From a virus: a DNA stretch of 64,000 nt. Below are positions 56,901 to 64,000 of the stretch, in pieces. The stretch spans positions 1-64,000 of the IMG/VR virus record IMGVR_UViG_3300032073_000011, one strand, 5' to 3'. A program made the position numbers and the translations under genes. The notes beneath the pieces are model-generated. The model saw only the letters and a list, made by a program, of their open reading frames with translations. It did not search any database and had not been told where the DNA came from. Every line of letters begins with the position of its first letter. The first letter of the stretch is position 1.

Positions 56901-59679
56901 AAGTAGAACAAGTTGTACAAGGGTCACACATAGGGTCACATACCCATCCACAAGGGGTGTTACCTATACCTAACCATTGTGGGTTAGCGGCATAACAAGA
57001 TGCTTCATCGGTATACCCAGTACCCACATATACCGGTTTACAACCTTCTTCACAATTATAAATCCACCTAGTATAATCACAACAACCCGTGTAAGTTCCG
57101 GCTGAATTCGTAAATCCACCATTACAATCACTTATATCGTAAGGGTCAAAAAATAATTCAAAATTAAATGCCGCGTAGTCTACAAAATTTAAAAATGGTG
57201 CTGGTGTAGGTGGTAAAGTACTCATTACTGGTAATACACTATCAACATAAAATGAGGTTCCGTTTAAAAGGTCCTCATCACATGAAAGTAATTGACAACA
57301 ATTCCCTCCAGCTGCTGGTGAACTAGTAGTACATGAAAAAGCTGGGGGATTACACCAATTATTACAGTCAATTTCACTATCAAAAACTGGTCCTTGATTA
57401 GGGTCTAACCCACTTGGGTCATTATATAAAGGGTGTGCTGAAGTAATTTCTATACAATTACCACAAGAATATTGGTCTTCACAAACATACCTATCTTCAC
57501 AACAATTACCTAAGTAAAAAGTATCCATACAATCTTCAAAAGCTGTAAATCCGACACTTGTACAAGGACCTGTATTTGTTGACCCCGTACCTGGTACTAA
57601 TTGACATGAAAGACTAGATGCTGTTAAAGCTGATACTGGTGGACATACCCAACTAGAACATCCAATATAATCCCAATATTGATTATTGGTTAGGCCGGAT
57701 GGTGGTGGTAACGTACCACCTGATAAAGCTCTATAACAATTACCCCATTGACCTAAAGTAAATTGTCCTGTTGAGTACACATTACCATTACTGTATACTC
57801 CCGCTGGACCCACAGGTGATATGGTAGGATACGCATTCCATGTGTTAGTTGGGTCATAACAAGGTATAGCTGTAAAGTCTGGGCATGATTCACACTCTGG
57901 AGTACAAGCCTCCCAAATATGTTCTGTTGGTTGTCCGTTATTCCACCAAACTCCTTGTACTAAATCAGTTGGTTTAATTCCAGCCCAAGGGTCTATAGTT
58001 CCACCACTCTGATTAATATCTGTTACTGCCATATAACAACAACACTCCCCCCAAGTAGAGTCAAATACTATATCTCCTTTAACATAGTTTGTCGTTGCCG
58101 ACCATTCACCCCAATTAGTGTTAATCATTGGGTCGAAACTTATAGGTTCTGGTAGTGTGGTTATTCTATCAATATATTCGTCTTTTGTTTCACAGTAAGT
58201 ACAATCTTCTATTGCACATTTTACACAATCAAAAGCACCGAAAGCAAAAGCATCCATACCACAACTTGTAGCTTCATATAAAGTAACACCATTACTAAAG
58301 TCATAAAAAGTTATTGGTGTATTTGTACCAATACTAATAGTATAAGCAGTATATTGTGTGTTTTCTACTGTAATTCTACCCATAACCCCTTGTTCTATAA
58401 GGTTGGTTATTGGATTTATTACTTCACCCATAATCGGTACATCAACATTTATTTGGTATCCCGGTGGTAAATTACCAGTTTGTAGTGATGTGTATGTTTG
58501 AAACGCACCTAGTAAACTTTGTGTGTTACCTGTAACCTCAAAACAATTACTATTATTACCACCACCAAATATAGGTGACATACCACTATATTGTAATATA
58601 TCGGTACCAGAATCTAAAGGTGAAAAAGGATAGGCACCAAAATATGTATTAGTACCTGTAGGTCCAGTAGGTCCAACTACTGGAGCGTTACTAGGAGCTA
58701 TACCTGTATTAAGAACTGAATTGTAAGGTTGAGCTTGTAATGTATTATAAGGCATGAATGGAACTGTTATAACTTGAGAAACTGAAGTTGGTCCCCATTC
58801 ATTTTGATGAGTTATGGTAATCCTTCTTTGTCCTACACCAGCATAAGTATGTGGTGTTGGGTTTGTAAGATTTGGAAATTGTAGGGTTTCACAACAAGGG
58901 TCACCAAATGAATTTGTACAAGGTGGTGTCACACAATCACAAGGACAGTCACCCCACTCTATAGTATATGGTGAATTTTGGTAGGTTTTGTAATAACCAA
59001 AATCCGTAGTATTATATATTTGTATTTGGTTACCCATCGCGGTGGTTGCGGTAACAATAAAATTAGAAAAAATATCTTTTTGACCTAGATTTCCATCCCA
59101 AATATCATAATGCCCTATATCATTAAAATCTTGTTCTAGGAAAATAGGTATTTGATGTAAGTCATTAAATACTGGTGGTGGACAAAAACAAGATACTGTG
59201 TTTGGTGTTAAGTGTGCACTAGTTTGGGTGTTTAGTGGTTGTGATAAAGTAGAATTTGTTAAAGAAAAAATACTTATTAAATCATCATAACTTTCACCAG
59301 TAAATGTCATTACCCCAGATTGGTATAAATTTAACCCAGCAAATATAACATAAGGATGGGATTCTACATCCAAACAAAATGGTTGATTCATAGTTGGTGC
59401 ATTACCGTATGGTGGTGGTGCACCCATTACTGGCATCGTAGTTGTATCATTTAATAGGATACATGGGTTTGTTGACGAACATCCAGTTAGTTCGGTAGGA
59501 AAATTATTCATGTCACCCTGTAAAGCGTTCTGTACTTGACTAAATGTAGAGTTGTACATTGTTAATCCTGAACAGTTAGGGCTTGTATTGATAGGGTAGA
59601 AATTAGTTCCACCGGTACAAGGTACTGTAAAATAAACACTAGGGTTACTTCTTTTTATTCTATATTTGTATACTTCCAT
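50923..59679 (-). CDS. giant Cys/Pro/Gly-rich repeat protein (putative tail fibre/adhesin) with PKD-like and CBM5/12-like modules
   Basis: 2918-aa uninterrupted ORF. PKD-like WGD...HTY, repeated W....Y..GD.V modules, about 20 Cys modules. Confidence 0.8.
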   Translation of the reverse strand: MEVYKYRIKRSNPSVYFTVPCTGGTNFYPINTSPNCSGLTMYNSTFSQVQNALQGDMNNFPTELTGCSSTNPCILLNDTTTMPVMGAPPPYGNAPTMNQPFCLDVESHPYVIFAGLNLYQSGVMTFTGESYDDLISIFSLTNSTLSQPLNTQTSAHLTPNTVSCFCPPPVFNDLHQIPIFLEQDFNDIGHYDIWDGNLGQKDIFSNFIVTATTAMGNQIQIYNTTDFGYYKTYQNSPYTIEWGDCPCDCVTPPCTNSFGDPCCETLQFPNLTNPTPHTYAGVGQRRITITHQNEWGPTSVSQVITVPFMPYNTLQAQPYNSVLNTGIAPSNAPVVGPTGPTGTNTYFGAYPFSPLDSGTDILQYSGMSPIFGGGNNSNCFEVTGNTQSLLGAFQTYTSLQTGNLPPGYQINVDVPIMGEVINPITNLIEQGVMGRITVENTQYTAYTISIGTNTPITFYDFSNGVTLYEATSCGMDAFAFGAFDCVKCAIEDCTYCETKDEYIDRITTLPEPISFDPMINTNWGEWSATTNYVKGDIVFDSTWGECCCYMAVTDINQSGGTIDPWAGIKPTDLVQGVWWNNGQPTEHIWEACTPECESCPDFTAIPCYDPTNTWNAYPTISPVGPAGVYSNGNVYSTGQFTLGQWGNCYRALSGGTLPPPSGLTNNQYWDYIGCSSWVCPPVSALTASSLSCQLVPGTGSTNTGPCTSVGFTAFEDCMDTFYLGNCCEDRYVCEDQYSCGNCIEITSAHPLYNDPSGLDPNQGPVFDSEIDCNNWCNPPAFSCTTSSPAAGGNCCQLLSCDEDLLNGTSFYVDSVLPVMSTLPPTPAPFLNFVDYAAFNFELFFDPYDISDCNGGFTNSAGTYTGCCDYTRWIYNCEEGCKPVYVGTGYTDEASCYAANPQWLGIGNTPCGWVCDPMCDPCTTCSTLNCGYAYDLQGHIDCEMNCSCSTVCYVCDCTNPTPCTIYQDPITNAASCPYWPPNPFGSPPTFPDLPQCQTGCTCPGGFDCFVYDDTNPPAQIGQQVGGCTYYASEYVMIQLGVTWSPGSPTDPFGNPTGYTSFEECCNATECCRAVCEDDPIQAGLNGWSAYTTTGPALQGGGGGQLPCYWISQTNLDLQVGPTNVNCCSPAYVNSMNGLTGIVQCFDDNPGLPYCDMIDCVNALCPDPDPLNTTGMTCCAPVEETCNCACEDWLTVNGIPITSAFTWSGPWSNTNTYNMFETVSYSDGNTPECCFMCMCPPDITGTGYDCDSSPPDDGPYTVNGPPNCWQTCERLPAYDPATPVPTIGDPCGPCDGPSSAATMWCTPSGCTSGCGSLPSSTASGVGGIFDPPPGVNVSIWATQNNCYTGGTCSTPLIGMGIDQCTADCYCADPGPPAGLEPVDVSNCVVMQDYLNDIYSPGTGNLGIHFNGYSPFPFTWPPVQPGIVFQMTGVLTTWPYGSLDLCQSQIDPGFAFCCTGNTSIMTWECDSSCNCPTVAGNPCVGGVGCYPVMGSGGTFTSLSGCQEWCTWECNSQGAQTCQFIPMSLASVTYPSATACELANTNCLCQNLSEEWWCDWAGADAGLYDTPGSQPCQPSSYFVGQGSAYQSQAIGQAAGGPSDPNNNYFFAVTLGNVPTGMGFPTQAQCEERCRFCCDCAPPGTGVCDLCGDPTVVACAWGDMTCSGGTASCGTGLPSSTSPGDCAQQQLTVTGDRTCREPQTEYCCHAVDGCLSYIGTPPMGSDGNPCVTFFGTNAAACTDECNFVCGDCVPPAGDCHCQFVNGPVSPSCSPYPFTNMLDCETYVQSLTLFGADGSCCRCYHCTTNSPITYQMYDTGTMSWVLGSTPVNMSTGALPWVSGQVYNIGDVVTFSFDNTSCCYVNVWDTSQDWTVPPYFYYQAYINDLNTSNPVWPGGGTLSLQWIPCDPDCVPGVMQQTYDCIPGTITDSCSNRNLVVPPTATLNQYDLLEVIGAPAGVPYLQTTDVMTIKFPYYGPGPIFSNPCTYAAGTPNAAPLYQVNGPIVIHPNVGVMIGIPGSYNTWSSMITSLAGAGVTSPSGTILSLSSSWDDVCLGINAIWGSYLRDKCMDIQMTPCRCTQTPCVCVQVNGPTGAFNSLSGCQTTLNYDPCCGSWKCDPKICDCTFIPNDITGFSSQTECYNSNNCCTIRYDEYECRKIPIIGPVGANNFKCECVVVPAGMGSYTGPNALFDCENDPTTCCSGRTMPDMWRCTKDCSCVIDPTGPYSTLHDCQTAINNNCCYTGVTKDWECVDFGPKAGGCKCVQTASGVWPTQADCEAQVNDCCYTGHTGRYDCVPGNNGLCKCVVNVSGFGTYATLSDCQNGIPVSNCCENQSTDCSTECPPSSFISPTYVHHNGTYSIGFTQTLPLASSNIAGLWLSGTIYTPFDIVKDPYDDCCYVLVCDNCHFTGSDIMSYSPSQIYQNHLLGKYYNGTQDPTPVTPEINIQNRGPIWWPCDPKCSTTPPDIGYDCVNCPGSCNCIQNNTGTAQYQGPNALSLCIANCKQGCEDCAQTLSGYLTGPIDYEGIWYSTFNPAYVENDCVTDPDDGCCYCCVPYPFGPDDPHDDDDPHSKIKRNDGTISPAGPGGSGPGGSGPGGSGPSPTKVICKSGYQPSLNVGVNIGGGAMWMDCKVTTDGSPCDNSTGAVDCNNCDTYMSTNWGATLPLQWKTPAYQHFYQNQCVVDPNDGCCYCCMMSPNVDPNDFGSGWVDHDDPVRGPGFSNSSPCAVYDTNQDGNWEYYGAGVIVPFTDGNIYGWVSCTPSGSFPCSGVSGSIYYDCLHRPTIFDPSNHECVPVPGGPYTSLQACQNSPCPPPVTPCNECCGKLKKDGTWIYQTLPTTYNPCDCEFWLGIGWVTKPTSDCCVPPTWACPIGQVWSQSDCSCVPIVIGPGGPIEDDWVTEEPCIQTESCPEGYQWDWDRCQCMPT
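51898..51945. repeat. perfect 15-bp tandem repeat x3 (GGACCTGAGCCTCCT), encoding GPGGS
   Basis: Read directly. Confidence 0.95.
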
Positions 59680-59682
59680 ATA

Positions 59683-60633
59683 TTAAGGGTTTACGTATTC
59701 ATAAAATCTTATTGGTACAGCGTTAGGTACTTGTAGGGTACCAGGAACTGCATCTGCGGGTGTACCACCTGGTAAACCAGTTCCAGCAGGTCCACCACCA
59801 CCTAAAGCCATGATTGCTTCATTAAATTGTGTAACAACATATCTAAATTTAGGGTCTATTGTAGATGCGTTACTGGGGTTTATAAATAATTTAACTTTAT
59901 AATAAAACCATTCTGGATAACTTAACACCTCCCCATTGGTTATTTCACTAAGGGTTGGTGGCTTGTTTATCATATTAGTTACTTTTCCATTTTTTGCGTT
60001 AAAAAATTTACATGACATATAAAACTCATCAATTTCTGTAAGTTCTCTATCTTTTAACCATTGTATATAATAATTTTCACTTCTGCCGTGTAGTGGTCCT
60101 AAGACACAAACAGGCACATACACACCATACTTAGGGTTAGTAATGTTATTAGCTATTTGTGAATAGTACTCTGTGGGGTCCTCTAGTGGTAGTATCTCTG
60201 TCATTTCTTTCATACAATTATTTAAAGGCATAACGTTGGTGAACATTATTTTTTGTTCCTTTCTTAGGGGAGAATCGTAGAAATCAAATTTAAAAAAACT
60301 TCTTGTAAAAGCTTTTTTAGGTTTATGTAAATCTTTATCTTGGAAACCTAGAACATTAAAATTATCAACATACTGTAAAGTGTTAGGGTCCCAAAATTCA
60401 AAAGCGTAAGATATTGTGTTTGAGCCTCCACTAAATGTATTATTAACAGTGTTTCTATAAGCGTACCTGGTAGTTTCATAATCTTGTATTACATTTATAT
60501 TATCTTGTAATTCAACCTCTTCCCACGTCCTAACTAATTGTTCATTACCTATTTCGTCAAATGTCTGCCCTATGGGTATAGTTATAGACTTATCTTTCGT
60601 TGAAGCTTTTATATTTACTCTATTGACAGCCAT
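59683..60633 (-). CDS. putative virion structural protein
   Basis: 316-aa ORF with SFFKFDFYDSP, FYMSCKFFNAKNG, FYEYVNP. Confidence 0.65.
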   Translation of the reverse strand: MAVNRVNIKASTKDKSITIPIGQTFDEIGNEQLVRTWEEVELQDNINVIQDYETTRYAYRNTVNNTFSGGSNTISYAFEFWDPNTLQYVDNFNVLGFQDKDLHKPKKAFTRSFFKFDFYDSPLRKEQKIMFTNVMPLNNCMKEMTEILPLEDPTEYYSQIANNITNPKYGVYVPVCVLGPLHGRSENYYIQWLKDRELTEIDEFYMSCKFFNAKNGKVTNMINKPPTLSEITNGEVLSYPEWFYYKVKLFINPSNASTIDPKFRYVVTQFNEAIMALGGGGPAGTGLPGGTPADAVPGTLQVPNAVPIRFYEYVNP

Positions 60634-62410
60634 CAGTGTATTCGGTTAATATAGTTATTGTTGCTGAGGTTAGTGGGATTAATGCTGGCCCCACCGCCTC
60701 TATTTTAAATTCTAAATTATGGTAAGGGTAGTGAGCATCATTTAAATAGGGGTAACTAACACCATTATCCCCATCTTCATAAGCTTCTACCGGTAAAATT
60801 TCTCTCCACCTAAATGTTTCCTCTGATAAAGAATAAACAGCATACTGGGGTGATGTAAACAGACTATCATTATAACTTACATAATTAGAGAATTTTTTTA
60901 CAGGTATCTTGTGGTGTGGATGGTATTTAAAGATAGAATCTACAAAATCATATCCTGGTGTACCACCAACTTTATACATCGCATCTCTATTAAATTTTAA
61001 GGAATGTCCTATTTCTGAAATTACTCTTTCTTTTAACTCAAAAGGGTTATATTCAGCAAAAGCACCTCTAAGTGTACTTCCACTTAATGGTAATGGATTT
61101 ACCCCTAAATTACCGTTTTGAGTTACATTTATGGGGTGAATTGTGTTATCCACAAAAGGGTCTACCACCCCATTTTTTTTAAAGTTCCACCCCCAACCAT
61201 ATCCAGCTGGACTAGAATTACCACCAGGATTCCAATCCCAAACTAAATTTCTATTTGTAGTAAAAATTGTTAAATAAAATTCTGTTAAAGGCCTATTAAA
61301 TTGGTCGTAATAATCATCACTATTAATATTATAATTACAATTCCATAAAAATGAATCGTATTCTTGGATTAAAACCGACTTTTGTTTATAGTTTGGTGTT
61401 CTTTTTGCTGGAAATATTCTTCCTCTTTTATTGTATATCCCTCTTTCAAAACCTGTTTTATCTAAAGTTAAATCATTAGGGTTTGTTATTAATTTATGTA
61501 TTTGACAATAGTATTCAGATTTTGTCTCTAGCATATTTTCTGGGTTAGTGACTCTTTTTAAAGTACCTACTGGTTCTGTTGGTATTGAGGTAGCGTCTAA
61601 CCCTAATGTGGTAATATTCATAACATAATCTTCAGAATTTTCTAATCCATTACCCAAATAATCTACTTTAAATATAGTTTGAGGCCCACTTACCGGTGCA
61701 AATACAGTAGTAATTGCTACATCAACTAGTAGATTAGCGTTACCAAAAGTAGTTGCCCCAGATTGTATTTCTATATATTCTCCTGGTGATACACCATGTC
61801 TTACCGGTGTTATTATTTGTAACACTTCTTTACCATCAGTATTGGTCACTCTGGGGGTAAAAGGGATACCATCTCCAGCTACAAACTGCATACCAGAAGG
61901 TGTGGTGTAGTCTGTATAGTATTCCATTGTTTGTTCTGGGTCTGCATCATGTACATAAGAAATATATCGCACCCAATTATCTTGGTGTGCTAATATTGGT
62001 TCCCAACCTGCTTGACTAGGGTCAATACCATATCTTTTAGGTGGTATCATGGTAAAAGTACTAGATGGTGGTAAACCGGAACAACTAGTAGGTGGTACTC
62101 CACCTAAAAGATGGGGGCACCCTATATAATCTGGAATAAAATACATTGAGTCCATAAAATAAGCATCTTGTGTGCTACCACTAATAATATTGTTGTAAAG
62201 TATATCTATTTTCCCATATAACCTATATTGGGTTGAGTATTCTCTTTCAAAGTCAAATTGGTCTCTTAGGTCTAAAACTAGGTTTCTGTCACCTTCATGT
62301 ATTTGTTTTTGTGTGGATTCTAAAAACGGTTGTAATTGCAATTCTCTGTTAGGTGAACCAGCAAATTTAGATTCTCCTCTTACAATCCTTATGTTTTTTT
62401 CGTTACTCAT
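60620..62410 (-). CDS. putative virion structural protein
   Basis: 596-aa ORF in the structural module. Confidence 0.65.
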   Translation of the reverse strand: MSNEKNIRIVRGESKFAGSPNRELQLQPFLESTQKQIHEGDRNLVLDLRDQFDFEREYSTQYRLYGKIDILYNNIISGSTQDAYFMDSMYFIPDYIGCPHLLGGVPPTSCSGLPPSSTFTMIPPKRYGIDPSQAGWEPILAHQDNWVRYISYVHDADPEQTMEYYTDYTTPSGMQFVAGDGIPFTPRVTNTDGKEVLQIITPVRHGVSPGEYIEIQSGATTFGNANLLVDVAITTVFAPVSGPQTIFKVDYLGNGLENSEDYVMNITTLGLDATSIPTEPVGTLKRVTNPENMLETKSEYYCQIHKLITNPNDLTLDKTGFERGIYNKRGRIFPAKRTPNYKQKSVLIQEYDSFLWNCNYNINSDDYYDQFNRPLTEFYLTIFTTNRNLVWDWNPGGNSSPAGYGWGWNFKKNGVVDPFVDNTIHPINVTQNGNLGVNPLPLSGSTLRGAFAEYNPFELKERVISEIGHSLKFNRDAMYKVGGTPGYDFVDSIFKYHPHHKIPVKKFSNYVSYNDSLFTSPQYAVYSLSEETFRWREILPVEAYEDGDNGVSYPYLNDAHYPYHNLEFKIEAVGPALIPLTSATITILTEYTDGCQ

Positions 62411-64000
62411 TATATTACTGTATCTGATAATTCTTCATCTATATATTTCCTAACAAAAGTATTGAATGCTGTACCTCCAGGTCTTAAACCAAAATAATAA
62501 AATAATGGTTGTGAAAACACATAAGAATCACTACCTGGAATTGTACCATTAGTTACTGGGTAGTTGTTATTCGCAAATGAAAATGGTGGATTACCCATAT
62601 AGTGTTGGAAATTACCACTACTTAGATATTGTGTACCCCCGGAAAGACCTGGTACGGCATTTGTGGGGTGTATTGTTGAACCTTCTGCATCAACAGAAGA
62701 AATTGCTGGTAAAATTGACATTGCTGGTCCAGGTACACCGAACGCATATCTATATTCTCCTAGAGTACCTAACCAGTCATTCCAAACAGTACCGTACCCA
62801 CCAATTGGGACACCCCCAAGTGTACCACTCGCATTATGTAAATGCCATGGATAAAATGGTACAGTCTGACTAGATGCTGACAACTCCATAGTGACACAAT
62901 CTATTAAATCCTGACCATCCATAATAACTGATGTAGAACCTGTAAATAATAATGGTTCCCACAAAAGATTATGTCTAAAGTTATTTGAATTATTTATATC
63001 GTTTACATTAAGAGCATTGGGTACGTAAGTTCCTCCCACAAAATTTGGTGATGGGTAAGTTAGTCCACTTGGTGGTAGTGAGTCTGTTGGTGATGTGGAA
63101 AATCCTGGACCGTTACCAACTGGGAATTGACACTCACAAGCTGTATTACCATTATTTGCCTCATATCCTGCAACACCTAACATACAATTTTGCATAAGTG
63201 CTTGTGCTACATCACCACCAATTTCATATTCAGGACGAGGAAAGAACGTAGACATAGATGCCTTTGGATTTTGCATCTTAAGATTATAGGTATCAGAAAC
63301 TAGTTCTGTTATGTCTTGGAATGTTGTACTACCTATCTGGTCAGTCACAGAACATTCGTTAGCGTATTTAGGGTCTAAACATATTTGTTGTATACATTGG
63401 TTTCTAGACCCCATATCTACCATTGTTGTTGGAAAAAGAATATGTCTGTCTTGGTCACCCTTAGCGTGGTTACTACCACTACTACCCGCAAAAGCCCACC
63501 AAGGATTATATACACCATCAGTATCACCAATAAAACTTCCTTCTAGTGGTTGGATACCGTTAACTTTAAATGGTGTGGACCTATAGTAAAAAGTATGTTC
63601 TGTTGGGTGTAGGTAGGTTAATTTTTTACACCACTGGGAATTGGTGACGTAGGTATCATTGGCGGTATCATATTCTACCTTAGCTCTAAATTGGAATTGG
63701 TATAAGAATCCACTTACCCAACTATTTTCCCAAAAATAATTCATAATACCATTACATAATGCCTGTGATACTTTTTCTCTTCTGGTCCATTCTAATAAAA
63801 CTCTAAGATTATAGTTCTCAGCGACACAGTCTATATTAAAACATATTATTTTTACATAACAACCACCACCTGCTATACCATCCGTCGGGTCATTACTTGT
63901 ACTTGGGTCACCCGAAAAAGAAGAATTAAAACCATAATAGTCTGGGCAACATATTCTTGTCTCATCTGTTTGTGCACAACAATCATGTGACCACTTGCCA
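62410..64000 (-). CDS. putative large virion protein, partial (starts beyond right edge)
   Basis: The frame stays open from 63744 to the window edge (GKWSHDCCAQTDETRICCPDY...ALCNGIMNYFW). Ends FYYFGLRPGGTAF..F..KY. Confidence 0.75.
   Translation of the reverse strand, partial: GKWSHDCCAQTDETRICCPDYYGFNSSFSGDPSTSNDPTDGIAGGGCYVKIICFNIDCVAENYNLRVLLEWTRREKVSQALCNGIMNYFWENSWVSGFLYQFQFRAKVEYDTANDTYVTNSQWCKKLTYLHPTEHTFYYRSTPFKVNGIQPLEGSFIGDTDGVYNPWWAFAGSSGSNHAKGDQDRHILFPTTMVDMGSRNQCIQQICLDPKYANECSVTDQIGSTTFQDITELVSDTYNLKMQNPKASMSTFFPRPEYEIGGDVAQALMQNCMLGVAGYEANNGNTACECQFPVGNGPGFSTSPTDSLPPSGLTYPSPNFVGGTYVPNALNVNDINNSNNFRHNLLWEPLLFTGSTSVIMDGQDLIDCVTMELSASSQTVPFYPWHLHNASGTLGGVPIGGYGTVWNDWLGTLGEYRYAFGVPGPAMSILPAISSVDAEGSTIHPTNAVPGLSGGTQYLSSGNFQHYMGNPPFSFANNNYPVTNGTIPGSDSYVFSQPLFYYFGLRPGGTAFNTFVRKYIDEELSDTVI

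Noticed and set aside
50923-59679. Eukaryotic or giant-virus (NCLDV) origin, or contamination
   Set aside because: The ORF has no introns, is tightly packed with phage-like neighbours, shares motifs with them, and lies on a contig with sigma-70, lysozyme and M23 genes.
106-63586. Numerous 60-180 aa plus-strand ORFs and nested minus-strand ORFs in the track (e.g. 750-1088, 9984-10370, 18759-19217, 22075-22614, 51255-51596)
   Set aside because: They lie within longer motif-bearing genes and have the F/L/S/I-rich composition of antisense or off-frame shadows. Only 2677, 10919, 12157 and 23924 occupy their own space on the plus strand.
1-64000. Stop-codon reassignment as in some megaphages
   Set aside because: Standard code 11 gives full-length genes at high density. 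TAA, TAG and TGA all end genes.
1-64000. CRISPR array, tRNA/rRNA, IS, intron/intein or diversity-generating retroelement
   Set aside because: I saw no spaced direct repeats, almost no intergenic room, and no transposase, homing nuclease, intein or reverse transcriptase motifs. A covariance-model scan was not run.

Overview
This window is a 64-kb, AT-rich, gene-dense segment of a very large tailed phage (jumbo/megaphage), almost entirely on the minus strand. The host is probably in Bacteroidota. The evidence is a Bacteroidota-type primary sigma factor, TTG-N20-TAnnTTT[G/A] promoters, no evident Shine-Dalgarno sites, and DUF2452, histone-H1-like and SprB-like genes. The left half (1-31.6 kb) holds small accessory genes and host-like enzymes (type II glutamine synthetase, cysteine synthase, cyclophilin, DnaJ, glutaredoxin, GT2, DegT-type aminotransferase). 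It also holds peptidoglycan enzymes, a sigma-70 and replication/recombination genes (SbcC/SbcD-like, PD-(D/E)XK nuclease, primase, RuvC-like). The right half (31.6-64 kb) is a module of large Ser/Thr/Gly-rich probable tail/baseplate proteins, including a dockerin-bearing protein and a 2918-aa Cys/Pro-rich repeat protein followed by a nucleotidyltransferase. Five signals stand out. (1) A pervasive [FYLVIC]-[ST]-[GA]-x-[ST] motif occurs in the structural proteins, a candidate virion glycosylation sequon, alongside phage-encoded sugar enzymes. (2) A shared N-terminal ITExQ...[LIV]xE leader sits on three unrelated enzymes that all follow a TATTTAT promoter, a candidate capsid-targeting label. (3) The giant Cys-repeat protein may have a phage-encoded Cys-supply and folding support set. 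(4) Two promoter classes often lie exactly 4 nt from the ATG, suggesting leaderless mRNAs. (5) A T4-gene-e-like hairpin sits in front of the lysozyme. All family assignments come from reading motifs by eye, and no searches were run. I saw no tRNA, rRNA, CRISPR array or mobile element.
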